64,000 nucleotides of DNA from contig CADBPS010000041.1 in the NCBI GenBank assembly GCA_902796575.1, positions 5,926-69,925 on the forward strand. The letters run 5' to 3'. Positions 62,723 through 64,000 of the stretch are shown here, piece after piece. Position 1 is the stretch's first letter, and the number at the start of each line of letters is the position of its first letter. Position numbers and translations under genes: made by a program. The notes beneath the pieces were generated by a model. The model saw nothing but the letters and a program-made list of their open reading frames with translations. It searched no databases and was not told the origin of the DNA. This stretch comes from an uncultured Methanobrevibacter sp. GTDB lineage: Archaea > Methanobacteriota > Methanobacteria > Methanobacteriales > Methanobacteriaceae.

Positions 62723-64000
62723 TTAATAAATCATTCCCGCTGCAAATATTAGCATTCCCGATAAAAAGCATAATATGCATGTAATAATTATGCTGTCTGA
62801 ATCTTTGATTTTAAAATTCTTATAGTTTATTATTAACGGAATAAGTATAAATATTGGTAGGAAGTATCTTGGCACAACACCTGCATCCACAAGATTTTTA
62901 GAACCGACAGGCGCCCAGGTTAAAAACTGAACGAAATAAGTTCCAAAAATAATAATAAGAACTGTTAAAGCATTTATTATGCGGGTATTCTTTTCAATTT
63001 TATCTTTAATTGGATAGAACAGACTGAATATCACGAAAAATATTGAATAAACAAAACTGAAAAGTTTGAAATTATCATAATTTGTGTAAAGCTTTGACAA
63101 TGCATCAATCTGAACTGGAATCTGATTTCCAATATGCAGAAATGTAACTATTGACTGGGGACTGGAGAGAATATAATGCAGCTGTTCTGTTGAATTTACA
63201 TGTTTTTCTCTAAACAGGTTTGCTCTCCATGAATGGCTTATACAGTCCACTGCATAGAACTTGGTCCAAACCAGAAGGATTCCCGCAACAATGATTATTG
63301 ATAGAATTCCAAAATACCTATCATTCGGATTTTTAAAATTGCTTTTCGGAACAATCAGAATCAGTAATGCCAATGCACCTAAGGTTACTTTTGAAAGTGA
63401 CAGTATTATGACCAGTATTGTATATATTCCTATTTCCTTTTTAGTTAAGCTTTTATCCTTTGCACTGTACATTTTTAAAAGATAGGCCAGCACTATAAAT
63501 GAAAATCCGAAAATAAATCCGTCACTGCTGAATGATGCCGCCTGTATTATGGCCAGAGGAAATGTTGCAACAACCGCTATCGGTATCTTTAAGATTGGAG
63601 TTTCACGAATAGCTATATATGCAAATACAGCATACATCACCAGATTAAAGAATCTTCCAAGCCATAACATACTTATCTGGTTTAAATTCAATAATTTGGC
63701 AATGTCAATACCTATAGCCTGTGCAAGATAAGCATAAAACGGGTTCTGCTCAAAGGCAGAATTGACAACACGGGGCGTTTTATTTATGGGCTGATTATTC
63801 CAGTCAGTAGTTTTAAAAAATGTTTTATCCATAGGCATATGTGCCAATGATTCAATGCTCATAAATCCGGTTCTGCTTCCGTTAGTAATGTATTGGGGGA
63901 AGAAATCTCCATGAGATGTAATTTCAGATCTCATGAAATGCTCTCCCTCATCCGATACACTGTTGAGAGGGGATAAAAAAACACACAGCAGTCCAAAAAG
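62723..64000 (-). CDS. DUF2142-like multi-TM protein (GT-C-like), 5' end outside window
   Basis: Frame is open to the window edge and includes 'SDEGEHF'; GRFFNL, S.S.D, PRYFLP. Confidence 0.7.
   Translation of the reverse strand, partial: LFGLLCVFLSPLNSVSDEGEHFMRSEITSHGDFFPQYITNGSRTGFMSIESLAHMPMDKTFFKTTDWNNQPINKTPRVVNSAFEQNPFYAYLAQAIGIDIAKLLNLNQISMLWLGRFFNLVMYAVFAYIAIRETPILKIPIAVVATFPLAIIQAASFSSDGFIFGFSFIVLAYLLKMYSAKDKSLTKKEIGIYTILVIILSLSKVTLGALALLILIVPKSNFKNPNDRYFGILSIIIVAGILLVWTKFYAVDCISHSWRANLFREKHVNSTEQLHYILSSPQSIVTFLHIGNQIPVQIDALSKLYTNYDNFKLFSFVYSIFFVIFSLFYPIKDKIEKNTRIINALTVLIIIFGTYFVQFLTWAPVGSKNLVDAGVVPRYFLPIFILIPLIINYKNFKIKDSDSIIITCILCFLSGMLIFAAGMIY

Noticed and set aside
1-64000. tRNA or rRNA genes, integrases, intact transposases, and the remaining short antisense ORFs in the track
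   Set aside because: No tRNA, rRNA, integrase or transposase recognised by eye; the short ORFs overlap well-supported genes and lack motifs

Overview
AT-rich archaeal chromosome segment. Gene content and synteny (cdc6 next to pyrB, cbiB, cbiG and PolD DP1; tfrA; cfbA; archaeal histone; Alba; pseudomurein-binding and adhesin-like proteins) point to a Methanobrevibacter-like member of the Methanobacteriales. It is mostly core housekeeping genes and contains the replication origin, an ORB cluster upstream of cdc6 at about 41.4-41.9 kb. Main unexplained signals: (1) a Soj/ParA gene paired with a hybrid partner (bacterial ParB-type GLGKGLDSLI peptide, acidic linker, predicted ribbon-helix-helix domain), preceded by an array of TAAGTTA heptads in 7-bp phase, with a second heptad cluster at 29.8 kb. 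This is a candidate origin-proximal chromosome segregation system. (2) A palindrome, TCTA-CAA-TAGA, in two clusters flanking those arrays. (3) A candidate ribosome-mediated leucine attenuator upstream of leuA: a probably leaderless uORF MRELLLK plus mutually exclusive antiterminator and terminator-U8 helices. (4) A complete FMN riboswitch upstream of ribB. Also present: TrpY TRP boxes at trpB2, a broken MNT gene next to an intact HEPN gene, a capstone-type histone variant and an unlisted 56-aa RHH gene. All calls were made by eye from the sequence; no searches were run.
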